The notes beneath the pieces are model-generated. The model was not told the origin of the DNA and searched no databases. It saw nothing but the letters and a program-made list of their open reading frames with translations. 64,000 bases of DNA. It comes from Candidatus Saccharimonadales bacterium (GTDB lineage Bacteria; Patescibacteriota; Saccharimonadia; Saccharimonadales; UBA4665). The position numbers and the translations under genes are program-made. The stretch lies in contig JBBRNI010000005.1 of assembly GCA_038230395.1 (NCBI GenBank), positions 834-64,833 on the forward strand, in the 5' to 3' direction. Shown in pieces: positions 26,903 to 34,846 of this stretch (the first letter of the stretch is position 1; each line of letters begins with the position of its first letter).

Positions 26903-28111
26903 ATGCGTACTATGCAGCAATCTACAGTGTGGCAGAGATCAGCAACTATTATTACTACAGCCGTTACGGCTTTGTTCGGGTTTAGCGGCTTCGCGGCAGC
27001 TGACGCGATTATCACTACGGGTCCGGGTTCAACTAATTCAATTAGCGCCAGCCAGGACAACACGTGTAATGTTTCTAATTCGAACCGACTAAATCTCAAT
27101 TCTTCCAACAGTCAATCAGCTGAGAGCGGTTCCGCTACCGCTGCTGGCAACACCAGCGCTGGTTCAGCAACAACTGGCGAAGCTAGCAACAACAATGCCA
27201 CAAACGCCACAGTAAACGTCGACAATAGCGGGGCATCGCTAGCTTGTGTTTGTGAAGCCGCTCCGGCACCAGTCGCGGCTAATAACACCATTAGCAACAC
27301 TGGCCCACAATCTCATAACAGTATCAGTACCTCGTCCGAAACAACTACGAATGTTACGAATTCCAATACGGTTAATATCAGCAATAACACCAATAGTGAA
27401 AATGAGGGTAGCAACCAGAATGCCACGACAGGCGACGCAGTAGTCACTGACAATACCTCCGGCGGTTCGGCCAGTACTGGTGATGCTAGTAATAGCAACC
27501 AAAGCGACTTTGTAGTCAACCTCGTAAATGGCGCCGACGCAGGCATAGCAGCAGCAGTCAACAACAACTTTAACGATGCCTGCGCTACAAACACAGCACC
27601 AACCGTATCTAATAACTTCGGTGGCCTGGGTGGCGGTTCATTAACTCCTTCATCAGCACCACTAGTTACTAGTGCACTATTTCGCCCCAGCTCTCCACGA
27701 TCCACAGGATCAGGATACGGTGGTGGAAGTAGTCGCTATTACGCAACACCCGTGATAAGCCGCTCTTCGGCCCCAGCTCCACAAGTTACTAACTGCCCGC
27801 CTGCAGCAGTCACACCTGTCAGTAGCCAGCAATCCAGTGCCCCGGTAACAGCTGTCGCCCGCACAGCCCCAGCACCAGTCACAAGCACAATTAGTAACAC
27901 TGGCCCAGGCTCAGATAACAGTATCAGTAACAACAATTCAAGCTCAACAACAGTCAGCAACACTAACAATGTCTCAGTCTCCAACAACAATAATCAAAGT
28001 TCCAGCACTGGTTCAGCAGTAGTCACCGACAACACCACTGGCGGTTCAGCAACGACAGGAACTGCTAGCAACTATGACGCAGCTATCAGCAACACCTACG
28101 TCAGTAATTAG
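26903..28111 (+). CDS. Secreted Asn/Ser/Thr-rich protein with three ~70-75-aa modules
   Basis: Signal peptide ends ..FSGFAAADA. Modules start at about 27008, 27287 and 27887. Each begins I-[ST]-[NT]-TGP-[GQ]-S-x-NSIS and ends ..GDA/GSAVVTDNT-x-GGSA-[ST]-TG-x-ASN. Confidence 0.7.
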   Translation: MRTMQQSTVWQRSATIITTAVTALFGFSGFAAADAIITTGPGSTNSISASQDNTCNVSNSNRLNLNSSNSQSAESGSATAAGNTSAGSATTGEASNNNATNATVNVDNSGASLACVCEAAPAPVAANNTISNTGPQSHNSISTSSETTTNVTNSNTVNISNNTNSENEGSNQNATTGDAVVTDNTSGGSASTGDASNSNQSDFVVNLVNGADAGIAAAVNNNFNDACATNTAPTVSNNFGGLGGGSLTPSSAPLVTSALFRPSSPRSTGSGYGGGSSRYYATPVISRSSAPAPQVTNCPPAAVTPVSSQQSSAPVTAVARTAPAPVTSTISNTGPGSDNSISNNNSSSTTVSNTNNVSVSNNNNQSSSTGSAVVTDNTTGGSATTGTASNYDAAISNTYVSN

Positions 28112-28151
28112 TATCTTGCAAGATATATATTAGTGGCTAATGCCATTTGAG

Positions 28152-28203
28152 AAGTCGACAGCAATGTTTAGGGTTTATTCCCTGATGCAGCTGTCGACTT
28201 TTT
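28152..28203 (+). terminator. Hairpin + T-tract terminator for the 26903..28111 gene
   Basis: 11-bp perfect stem AAGTCGACAGC (28152..28162) / GCTGTCGACTT (28190..28200) followed by a T run. The loop is large (27 nt) and contains the stop codon of the convergent gene. Confidence 0.4.
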
Positions 28204-29865
28204 GGTCTTTATTGGTTTGACTGATATTGTCTTAGAGGCTCGAGTTTTTAAGCGTTCCGCGACTGAGGCGGCTGGAAAGTTGTCTGACTCAGTAATTACT
28301 GACTGATTAGGAATATGCTGGGAGCTTTGTTTTGCAACCAATGGCGCGAGTATAGAATCAGACACAGGCCGTGATTGAACCAAAGGCGTTACATCCGAAA
28401 CAATTCTTATGCTGTCAGTTTTAATAATTGGCGCTGAAGCAACTTGGCTATGTGCCGGTGCAGTAGTTGGTAACATGTCATTGACCATTAGATCAGTCCT
28501 ATGCGTGGTAATAACAGGGTCTGGCTGTGTAGTGGTGGTACCGCTAAGCGTAGTGACGGCTGAAACAGGTGCGACAGTAAGCCTATCAACCTTCTGGTCA
28601 AGTGTACTAAATAATGCCGTTCCAGCATCATCAGTAACATGAGCGGCTGCTAATGAGCGCGAAGAGCCTCGATGTCGCCAACCTACAAGTTTCATAACAA
28701 AGGTTGAACCAAACAAGACTAGATCCAGCCCCAACAGGGTCAATACGATTAGAACTAAACCGAGTGAGGTTAGCATCCAGTGATTTAACGGCTGTTTGGC
28801 CATATCAAGTTGGAATGGCGGTAGCGGTTTAGTGGCTCGAGCTACAGTAATTGGCCGTCGTATAGTGAACCCATTGTAGGTAATCACTACTTGCTTACTG
28901 CCTAGGCTGGCAGTAAGGTTTGCCTGACCTTTGGCGTCTGTAGTGGCAGTTTGATTATCAAGAGTTACATCCGCGTTCGGCTGGGGCTTGCCATTGTCCG
29001 CACGTACTATCACTGTTACCGGGACTCCTGGTAATTGCAATGTTTGGTCAGTACCAGTTTGGACGTTTCCTGAAGCGTCGGCGCTCTTAACCCTAAAATG
29101 CAGGAGAGCTTTTGGGGTCAAGAAAGAGCTTGATAGACTGACCTCGTGTGTGGTGGTGGCCCCAGTTTGGGAGGCGGATAACCCATAATTAGCATCTAGA
29201 CCATAATCGACCACTGAATCAGATGACTCATCGGTCGTCCAATCAATTAGTGCACTATAAGGCGTCTTCGATTTAACTTTGACCTTAGTTATAACCGGTG
29301 GCGTAGTGTCCTTGGGTGGAGCCGGTGTCTCAGGTGCAGCGGGAGAAGACGATGTGCTAGATGGCGCTGACGTCGCTACCTGGCCAAAGTTAACGCTGAC
29401 ACCACCTGGAGAAAAACTAACTGCATTACCATCTGTGACTAACGCGGAATTACCACCAACGCTAATAGCTGCACTACCACTGCTGACGAGGGCTTTAAAC
29501 GTGATCGTGGCAACAAGTCCTGCCCCACTGACGCTTGAGGTGGTGCCACGATCTAACGTAATCGCGCCATCACCACCGCCACCAGAAGCGCTTATTTCGA
29601 AAGCACTACCACTGTAATTGACGCCGACATACTGCAGCTTACTCGCCGGGTAACTAATATCTGCTTCAACTCCATTAATCCCACTGCCGCCGCCGTTCAT
29701 GTAAACGGCTACTATCAGCGAGCCTCCGCTTGCGACCATGGCTTTGTTAGCTACAAGTGATATTGATGCTCCAGCCGCATAGGCTGGAACGGCGGACAGT
29801 ACGGCAGCGGCGCTCACTAACAAACTAAGTACTAATGCGGAGAGTTTATGTTTCATATTTTTCAT
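28168..29865 (-). CDS. Membrane-anchored surface protein with cohesin-like domain, FN3-like and CarboxypepD_reg-like modules, and a cytoplasmic tail
   Basis: Signal peptide ends ..AVPAYA. Cohesin-like segment SISLVANKAMVASGGSLIVAVYMNGGGSGINGVEADISYPASKLQYVGV...GLVATITFKAL. TM at ..LTSLGLVLIVLTLLGLDLVLFG. Confidence 0.6.
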   Translation of the reverse strand: MKNMKHKLSALVLSLLVSAAAVLSAVPAYAAGASISLVANKAMVASGGSLIVAVYMNGGGSGINGVEADISYPASKLQYVGVNYSGSAFEISASGGGGDGAITLDRGTTSSVSGAGLVATITFKALVSSGSAAISVGGNSALVTDGNAVSFSPGGVSVNFGQVATSAPSSTSSSPAAPETPAPPKDTTPPVITKVKVKSKTPYSALIDWTTDESSDSVVDYGLDANYGLSASQTGATTTHEVSLSSSFLTPKALLHFRVKSADASGNVQTGTDQTLQLPGVPVTVIVRADNGKPQPNADVTLDNQTATTDAKGQANLTASLGSKQVVITYNGFTIRRPITVARATKPLPPFQLDMAKQPLNHWMLTSLGLVLIVLTLLGLDLVLFGSTFVMKLVGWRHRGSSRSLAAAHVTDDAGTALFSTLDQKVDRLTVAPVSAVTTLSGTTTTQPDPVITTHRTDLMVNDMLPTTAPAHSQVASAPIIKTDSIRIVSDVTPLVQSRPVSDSILAPLVAKQSSQHIPNQSVITESDNFPAASVAERLKTRASKTISVKPIKTKKSTAASGNKP

Positions 29866-29889
29866 TTTATGGTGCCTTTTTATAGTTCT

Positions 29890-32175
29890 TTATTGGTAAT
29901 TGCTGTTATCGTTTCCGAAGCGAGCCAATAAAGTGCTTAAGTCAAATATATCAACTTTGCCGTTATTATTGAAATCTCCTGTCCCTGGTTTGTTGAAATG
30001 TGACAGTAATATACTTAAGTCGTAGATGTTAACTTTGTGATCACCGTTTAAATCGCCAATGATTGGTGGTGGTGGGTTGTTTATCGCAATATTTATCGAT
30101 TGTGAAGAAAAGTTACCACTGCCATCAACGGCCTTGGCGGTTATGGTGTGAGCGCCATTGTGTACGGCATAGCTGTTCCAGTTAAGACCAAAAGGCGCAG
30201 CTACAACGCTGCTAATAAGCGTGCTGTCTGCATAGAATTCAACCCGGCGCAGGTCTAAATCATCACTAGCCGTGGCGTTAATAGCGAATGTTAGCTGCAG
30301 ACTTTGGCCGTTGCTGGGGCCGGTAATAGCCACTACTGGCGCTGTTGTGTCAGCAAGGGTTACAGCGTCTAAAACCGCTGATTTTGGTGACTCATTAACT
30401 GCGGCGTCAGTGGCTGACACGCTGTACTGATAAGACGTGTTATAGCGTAAACCAGTGTCACTGTATCCAGTACCGGATTGGGTTACTAAGAGCACACCGT
30501 TACGGTACAGGTTATAACTAATGGCCGAGGGCGGTGAAGCGTCATCTATCGCGGCGTTCCAGGTAAGATCGATGCTGGTAGTTGTAGACGTGGGCGAGGC
30601 TAGACCTGCTGGGGTAGCTGGCGGCACAGTGTCTGGGATGGTACTAATGGTTACTGGGCTAGACTGAGCTGAATTGTTGTTAGAGCCATCATGGGCACGT
30701 ATTCGGTAAGTATAACTGGTGTTCACACCAAGGCCAGTGTCGGTAAAATTAGTTCCCGTGGTAGTAGTAATAATGGCATTACCTCTGTACAAATCGTAGC
30801 CTGTAACAGCCACGTTGTCAGTCGCGACGCTCCAGCTCAAACTAATAGTAGTGTCGGTTATTGCGCTCGATTGTAGGTTGGCCGGTATAGATGGAGCGGT
30901 AGTATCGTAAGCAGTGGTGATGCTGAGCGTGGTAGATGCGGCTGAATCATTAGCTGCGGCATCGTAGGCCTTAATGGTGTAATCGTACTGAGTCACTGGT
31001 ATTAACCCAGTGTCATTGTAGCTGGTCGTCGTAGTCGTTCCTAGCAAAGTGCCACCACGATATACTTTGTAGCCTGTAACGGCCACGTCATCAGTCGAAG
31101 CGGTCCAGGCTATCGTAACAAACGTATCGAGGGTGCTAGTAGCGTGAACACTGGCAGGGATTGTTGGAGCAGTCGTGTCATTTGAGCTTGATGTATTGTA
31201 CGGCGCTGATTGCGCAGAGCTGTTACTAGCAGCGTCGTATGCTTGAACTGTATAAGTGTAGCTGCTACTAACATTTAATCCGTTATCGGTGTAACTAGTG
31301 CCTCCTACAGATGCAATCAAGCTTCCACTTCGGTAAACCCGGTAACCTGTGACACCAACGTCATCAGTTGCCGCGTTCCACGCCAGACTGATACTAGACA
31401 CAGTGCTGCTAGTTTTACGGAGATTATCGGGGACGCTAGGAGCAGTTGTATCCGGAGCCGTTCCAGCATTGAGTGAAGCTGAAAGATTAGACCCGTTATT
31501 AGCCGCGTCATGAGCGGCAATCGCGTAGACATAGCCTGTATAAACTGCCAGTCCTGTATCTGTGTATGCTGTCCCGGGTTGGGAACGAACCAGCGCGCCA
31601 TTGCGATATACATCATAACCAGTGACTCCAACGTTGTCATTTGAAACGTTCCAAGCGATCGAAATAGAGTTAGTGGTTTGACCAGTTTGGTGTAAATTCC
31701 CAGGGACACTCGGTGGTGATGTGTCGGCCAGCGTCGCGGCTGTCAGCCCAGAAGATTGTGCCGACTCGTTAGTAGCGGCGTCAAAAGCGCTAACAGTGTA
31801 CAAGTAACTTGTGTTAGGGGTCAGCCCAAGGTCACTGAAGTTAGGGGTCACCGTGGTAGCAACCATGGCTGCATTGCGGTACACGTGGTAACCAGTTACC
31901 CCAACATTATCAGTGGAGGCTGCCCACGATAAATCAATTTCGGTAGCAGATCTACCAGATAGAACCAGGCCAGTTGGTATACTAGGTGGTGTGATATCCG
32001 GATTAGCACCAACAAGTACCGCCCAGAAATTTTGGGCTGCCGCTAAAACGATAACTCCAACTAATAATTCGCCCAGATGTGCCAGGAAGGGGACGTGCTG
32101 ATGTAATGTGTGCCAGCGCGTAATTTTGTGCTTTTTCATGTCTGTTTTGTAAATTGCTAGCCCACCGACTAGCAC
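29890..32175 (-). CDS. Surface protein: N-terminal anchor + six FN3 repeats + Ig-like domain + C-terminal type I dockerin
   Basis: Six D-T-[TS]-[AP]-P-S-[VI]-P...[LI]-[SA]-W....D-[ND]-V-[GA]-VTGY-x-[VL]-YR units. The dockerin has two F-hand repeats, DLNGDHKVNIYD and DFNNNGKVDIFD (29893..30075). Met13 (32139) is an alternative start. Confidence 0.8.
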   Translation of the reverse strand: MLVGGLAIYKTDMKKHKITRWHTLHQHVPFLAHLGELLVGVIVLAAAQNFWAVLVGANPDITPPSIPTGLVLSGRSATEIDLSWAASTDNVGVTGYHVYRNAAMVATTVTPNFSDLGLTPNTSYLYTVSAFDAATNESAQSSGLTAATLADTSPPSVPGNLHQTGQTTNSISIAWNVSNDNVGVTGYDVYRNGALVRSQPGTAYTDTGLAVYTGYVYAIAAHDAANNGSNLSASLNAGTAPDTTAPSVPDNLRKTSSTVSSISLAWNAATDDVGVTGYRVYRSGSLIASVGGTSYTDNGLNVSSSYTYTVQAYDAASNSSAQSAPYNTSSSNDTTAPTIPASVHATSTLDTFVTIAWTASTDDVAVTGYKVYRGGTLLGTTTTTSYNDTGLIPVTQYDYTIKAYDAAANDSAASTTLSITTAYDTTAPSIPANLQSSAITDTTISLSWSVATDNVAVTGYDLYRGNAIITTTTGTNFTDTGLGVNTSYTYRIRAHDGSNNNSAQSSPVTISTIPDTVPPATPAGLASPTSTTTSIDLTWNAAIDDASPPSAISYNLYRNGVLLVTQSGTGYSDTGLRYNTSYQYSVSATDAAVNESPKSAVLDAVTLADTTAPVVAITGPSNGQSLQLTFAINATASDDLDLRRVEFYADSTLISSVVAAPFGLNWNSYAVHNGAHTITAKAVDGSGNFSSQSINIAINNPPPPIIGDLNGDHKVNIYDLSILLSHFNKPGTGDFNNNGKVDIFDLSTLLARFGNDNSNYQ
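30352..31998 (-). repeat. Tandem coding repeat array (FN3 units; five of exactly 91 aa = 273 nt, one of 94 aa)
   Basis: Unit boundaries were counted by hand from the translated protein (aa 60..608). Confidence 0.8.
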
Positions 32176-32307
32176 CTCTATAGTTCTAGAGATAATTTTA
32201 GCACAACCGCTATTACTTTGACAGTGTTCCGGGGCTTCACTTTCGTCCTTTTAGACTCATCAGTACAAACACGCATTTGTATAGTGAAGAGAGAGGTGAG
32301 GAAGGGC

Positions 32308-32360
32308 GGTGGGCGAGAGAAGATAGGCAGTCAATTACTTGACAAAATCTCTCGCCCACC
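32308..32360. repeat. 53-nt perfect-stem inverted repeat built from the tRNA-Leu 3'-end sequence
   Basis: GGTGGGCGAGAGA (32308..32320) pairs with TCTCTCGCCCACC (32348..32360). The loop contains a GTCAA-TTAC-TTGAC sub-hairpin. The right arm plus the next A reads CTCGCCCACCA, which is the tRNA-Leu 3' terminal 11-mer. Confidence 0.8.
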
Positions 32361-32415
32361 AGCGCCATTTCACCACTCAGGTGCGTCTCGATCACCCGGG
32401 ATCATCCTTAGGTCT

Positions 32416-32691
32416 CTACTTGCAACAATCGCGCAGCCACGTGAAAAGGTTGCGAAGGTGTTCCGCGCGTTTTCTGTCGTGCTGGTCGAGCTCGTCGAGT
32501 TCGCTGACCTCCTGCATGATGCTTTTGATCGCTTCATCAAGAACGTCAAGCAACTTGCTGGAGCCGCTGTCGACCATCTCGTGGACTTCGGGCCTGCTCC
32601 CTTTTGGGAAGGCTCTTTTGATCATGGATCCCAACGTCTGGGGGAAAACAATTTGATAGGGTTGGCCGTGAAGTCTCACAATACTCTCCAA
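32416..32691 (-). CDS. Small hypothetical protein, possibly AbrB/MazE-like N-terminus (orphan)
   Basis: The ORF lies in a locally GC-rich patch. GQPYQIVFPQTLGSMIKR resembles a SpoVT/AbrB swapped-hairpin strand-turn, and the C-terminus is an acidic helix. The likely start is GTG at 32679, preceded by GGAGAG. Two long plus-strand ORFs here look like antisense shadows. Confidence 0.35.
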   Translation of the reverse strand: MESIVRLHGQPYQIVFPQTLGSMIKRAFPKGSRPEVHEMVDSGSSKLLDVLDEAIKSIMQEVSELDELDQHDRKRAEHLRNLFTWLRDCCK

Positions 32692-32792
32692 ACACTGGGT
32701 CTCTCCGGGTGAGAAACACTAGCATATTTTACCATTTTATTTCTGTTAGATCAACTTCATGCTTTCGTTATGTGTCTACTATAAAGGGAGTT

Positions 32793-33509
32793 CTACTGCT
32801 TAGAGAATACGTATGGTGCTTTAAATCGTAGTGGCGAAGGTAGTTGAGGCGCCGTTAAGCCTGTGCGGCGAGGCGTCGATTGGGGCTTGGTATTTTTTGC
32901 TTTCGGAATTACACGGCTGACAACTAGCTGCGGATCAAATAAACTACCAAAAGCCGAAAAATTCGGTAATCGGTAATCAGGCCCTGCAATGTTAGAATCG
33001 GCCGAATTGAGATAAACTATCGCACTATAACCATCAGCCTGATAATTATGTAGTGCCTGGCCCACTAAAGTTTGTTGTAATATCGGGTCGGCTTTACCGG
33101 CCCCGAACTCAGCTATCCATACTGGCTTACCAAGACTTTGTAACCATGAACGGGCACTGGCTAAATCATCAAAATTCGGCTTAAAATCAGGGTAAAAATA
33201 TTTGTCGTACAAAATGGTCGTAGCGATGACGTCAACGTCGTCGTCGCCAGGATAATAGTCGTTAGACCCAACATTACCAGCTGGAGACCAAACCCACCTT
33301 GATTGCACTCCACCATGCGTTCGCACAAAATCAACGACATGGCGATAAGCAGCGATGTACAGGCTTGGGTCCTGATTGGACCAAGGATATAAGCCTACAA
33401 GTTCCATTTCATGAGCAAAGCGAATATAAACGGGCCGGTGCGAAGCCGCCAACACTGAGCTAATCTGAGACAGTTGTGCGTCGTAGCCGCCATCAACAAT
33501 GCGTTGCAC
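32793..33509 (-). CDS. GH26-like glycoside hydrolase, apparently N-terminally truncated
   Basis: IRFAHEMEL (acid/base Glu context), YYPGDDDVDVIATTILYD and VWIAEFG (nucleophile Glu context). It has a GTG start, no signal peptide, and only ~22 open codons upstream. Confidence 0.55.
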   Translation of the reverse strand: MQRIVDGGYDAQLSQISSVLAASHRPVYIRFAHEMELVGLYPWSNQDPSLYIAAYRHVVDFVRTHGGVQSRWVWSPAGNVGSNDYYPGDDDVDVIATTILYDKYFYPDFKPNFDDLASARSWLQSLGKPVWIAEFGAGKADPILQQTLVGQALHNYQADGYSAIVYLNSADSNIAGPDYRLPNFSAFGSLFDPQLVVSRVIPKAKNTKPQSTPRRTGLTAPQLPSPLRFKAPYVFSKQ

Positions 33510-33610
33510 TGTATTATGAAGTTCACAACGAGAGCGTATCCATGCTGTATTCCGGTTGATTGAGTCGAGCAGTGACTATTTTTACAGATGAACGCTCAGA
33601 AGTACGGCGG

Positions 33611-34555
33611 TCATTGGCTATACGCAGTAAAGGACTTATCTGAAAGTTCAGCAGTTATTCTGGAATTGGGAGTAATAGCAAAAACCTCACCATCAACATG
33701 GCCTAAAATTGGCTCTTCACCGATGTTAAAAGCAATGCTGGTTCGCCTCTCTGCAGGAGCGACCCCGAGCGCCATCTGAACAGCAGCTTTGGCAATAGAC
33801 ATCCGGGTCGGCTGACTATTAACAATATCTAAGAAGTAATTACTGGTATGGTTAACAGCAAAACGACCATACTTGCCAGCTTTTGCAGAATGAACAAGCG
33901 TTCGATCAAGTAATTGGCGAGGTTCTGTTTCACCTGATTCGAAACAGCTAAACGTCTTCAGATCCGCCAGGCTGGAAACCACACTGCGCAGCTCTTGAGT
34001 AATTTGGCCAACTAATGGTACGTTTCGAAGTCTGCTGGTGCGGTGATCGGTAGAGTCAAGACGCTGAGCAAAATCAGCCGTATAGTTAAACCCGGCGTTA
34101 TTTACCGCCATAAACGTGCGCACTGTGTCATCGTCATCAACACTAACCATAAGTGGATGAATGACAACCTGATGGTCACGCTCCAACAACGCAGAAATTG
34201 CTCGTTGACCAGACATTTTACCACTGTGGATTCGGGCAAAATCATTTGCCGAACCCTGCGGAATAGCTATGAGCCGAACGGCTTCTTTTGAACTGGCGAC
34301 TAAACCGTCAGCCGCTACATTGAGTGTTCCATCACCTCCAGCAACTATCATTAAATCGTTGGCTCTCAGTGCTTCTTGAATTTTATATTTTGAGTGTTGA
34401 CGGTCAGCTTCGGTGCTAAGGTATGTCAGTGGCAAATCGTACATTTCACTAGCATATATTAGCTGTTTTTGGGCACGTACAAAACGCCGGCTCGTAGCTT
34501 TGAGCGGATTAAACACCACCAGACCGCGCTCGTGCGGCAGCGAAAGTTTATTCAT
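33611..34555 (-). CDS. Diacylglycerol/lipid kinase family protein (DAGK_cat, YegS/BmrU-like)
   Basis: IVAGGDGTLNVAADGL glycine-rich catalytic motif. Length is typical of the family. Confidence 0.8.
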   Translation of the reverse strand: MNKLSLPHERGLVVFNPLKATSRRFVRAQKQLIYASEMYDLPLTYLSTEADRQHSKYKIQEALRANDLMIVAGGDGTLNVAADGLVASSKEAVRLIAIPQGSANDFARIHSGKMSGQRAISALLERDHQVVIHPLMVSVDDDDTVRTFMAVNNAGFNYTADFAQRLDSTDHRTSRLRNVPLVGQITQELRSVVSSLADLKTFSCFESGETEPRQLLDRTLVHSAKAGKYGRFAVNHTSNYFLDIVNSQPTRMSIAKAAVQMALGVAPAERRTSIAFNIGEEPILGHVDGEVFAITPNSRITAELSDKSFTAYSQ

Positions 34556-34565
34556 AAATTCTATA

Positions 34566-34640
34566 TGGTGATCTCGCGGAGAATCGAACTCCGATTGCCA
34601 GGATGAGAACCTGGCGTCCTAACCGTTAGACGACGAGACC
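34566..34640 (-). tRNA. tRNA-Glu (anticodon CTC)
   Basis: 75 nt folded by hand. Acceptor GGTCTCG/CGAGATC and D arm GTC-TAACGGTTAG-GAC. Anticodon stem CCAGG/CCTGG with loop TTCTCAT. T arm CGGAG-TTCGATT-CTCCG, encoded CCA. Confidence 0.9.
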
Positions 34641-34757
34641 GGGCTAGGCTTGAGGCAGTAATAATAGCCAGAAATTAGCTCGATTATCTTACCACATCTG
34701 TTAGCTTGCGTCCAGATTCCTACTAATAAGCATTAGAAGATTGCATTTAGCCGCTGA

Positions 34758-34783
34758 TGACTAGATAATAGTGACTAGATAAT
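34758..34783 (+). promoter_or_regulatory. Tandem 14-bp-period direct repeat TGACTAGATAAT x2 upstream of the histidine kinase gene
   Basis: Exact 12-mers at 34758..34769 and 34772..34783, about 65-90 nt upstream of ATG 34847. Confidence 0.3.
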
Positions 34784-34846
34784 GCACACACGAACAACAA
34801 CACGTAAGACGGGCAATTGCTCGAGGCAGCCTGGGGGAGCCAAATA

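Noticed and set aside
26764-27108. 114-aa minus-strand ORF overlapping the start of the Asn/Ser/Thr-rich protein gene
   Set aside because: It covers the promoter and 5' end of a much better supported plus-strand gene with a signal peptide. It has no motif and its composition is odd.
27112-27990. Several ORFs on both strands inside the 26903..28111 gene. The same pattern occurs at 36565..37382 inside the response-regulator tail and at 28409..29617 and 30691..32101 inside the surface-protein genes.
   Set aside because: Low-complexity or repeat-coding DNA keeps alternative frames open. The translations are low-complexity mirror images of the real products.
30590-30599. 10-mer GTGGGCGAGG identical to part of the tRNA-Leu 3' region, inside the FN3 gene
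   Set aside because: It lies in frame within repeat 6 coding sequence (..ASPTSTTT..) and lacks the TGG/CCA end. It has no hairpin or boundary context and is most likely chance.
32218-32712. Plus-strand ORFs 32218..32712 and 32339..32656
   Set aside because: Both start at non-ATG codons and span the 53-nt hairpin. They read like antisense of the minus-strand 32416..32691 ORF, which has a Shine-Dalgarno-like GGAGAG and a more protein-like sequence. None of the three is certain.
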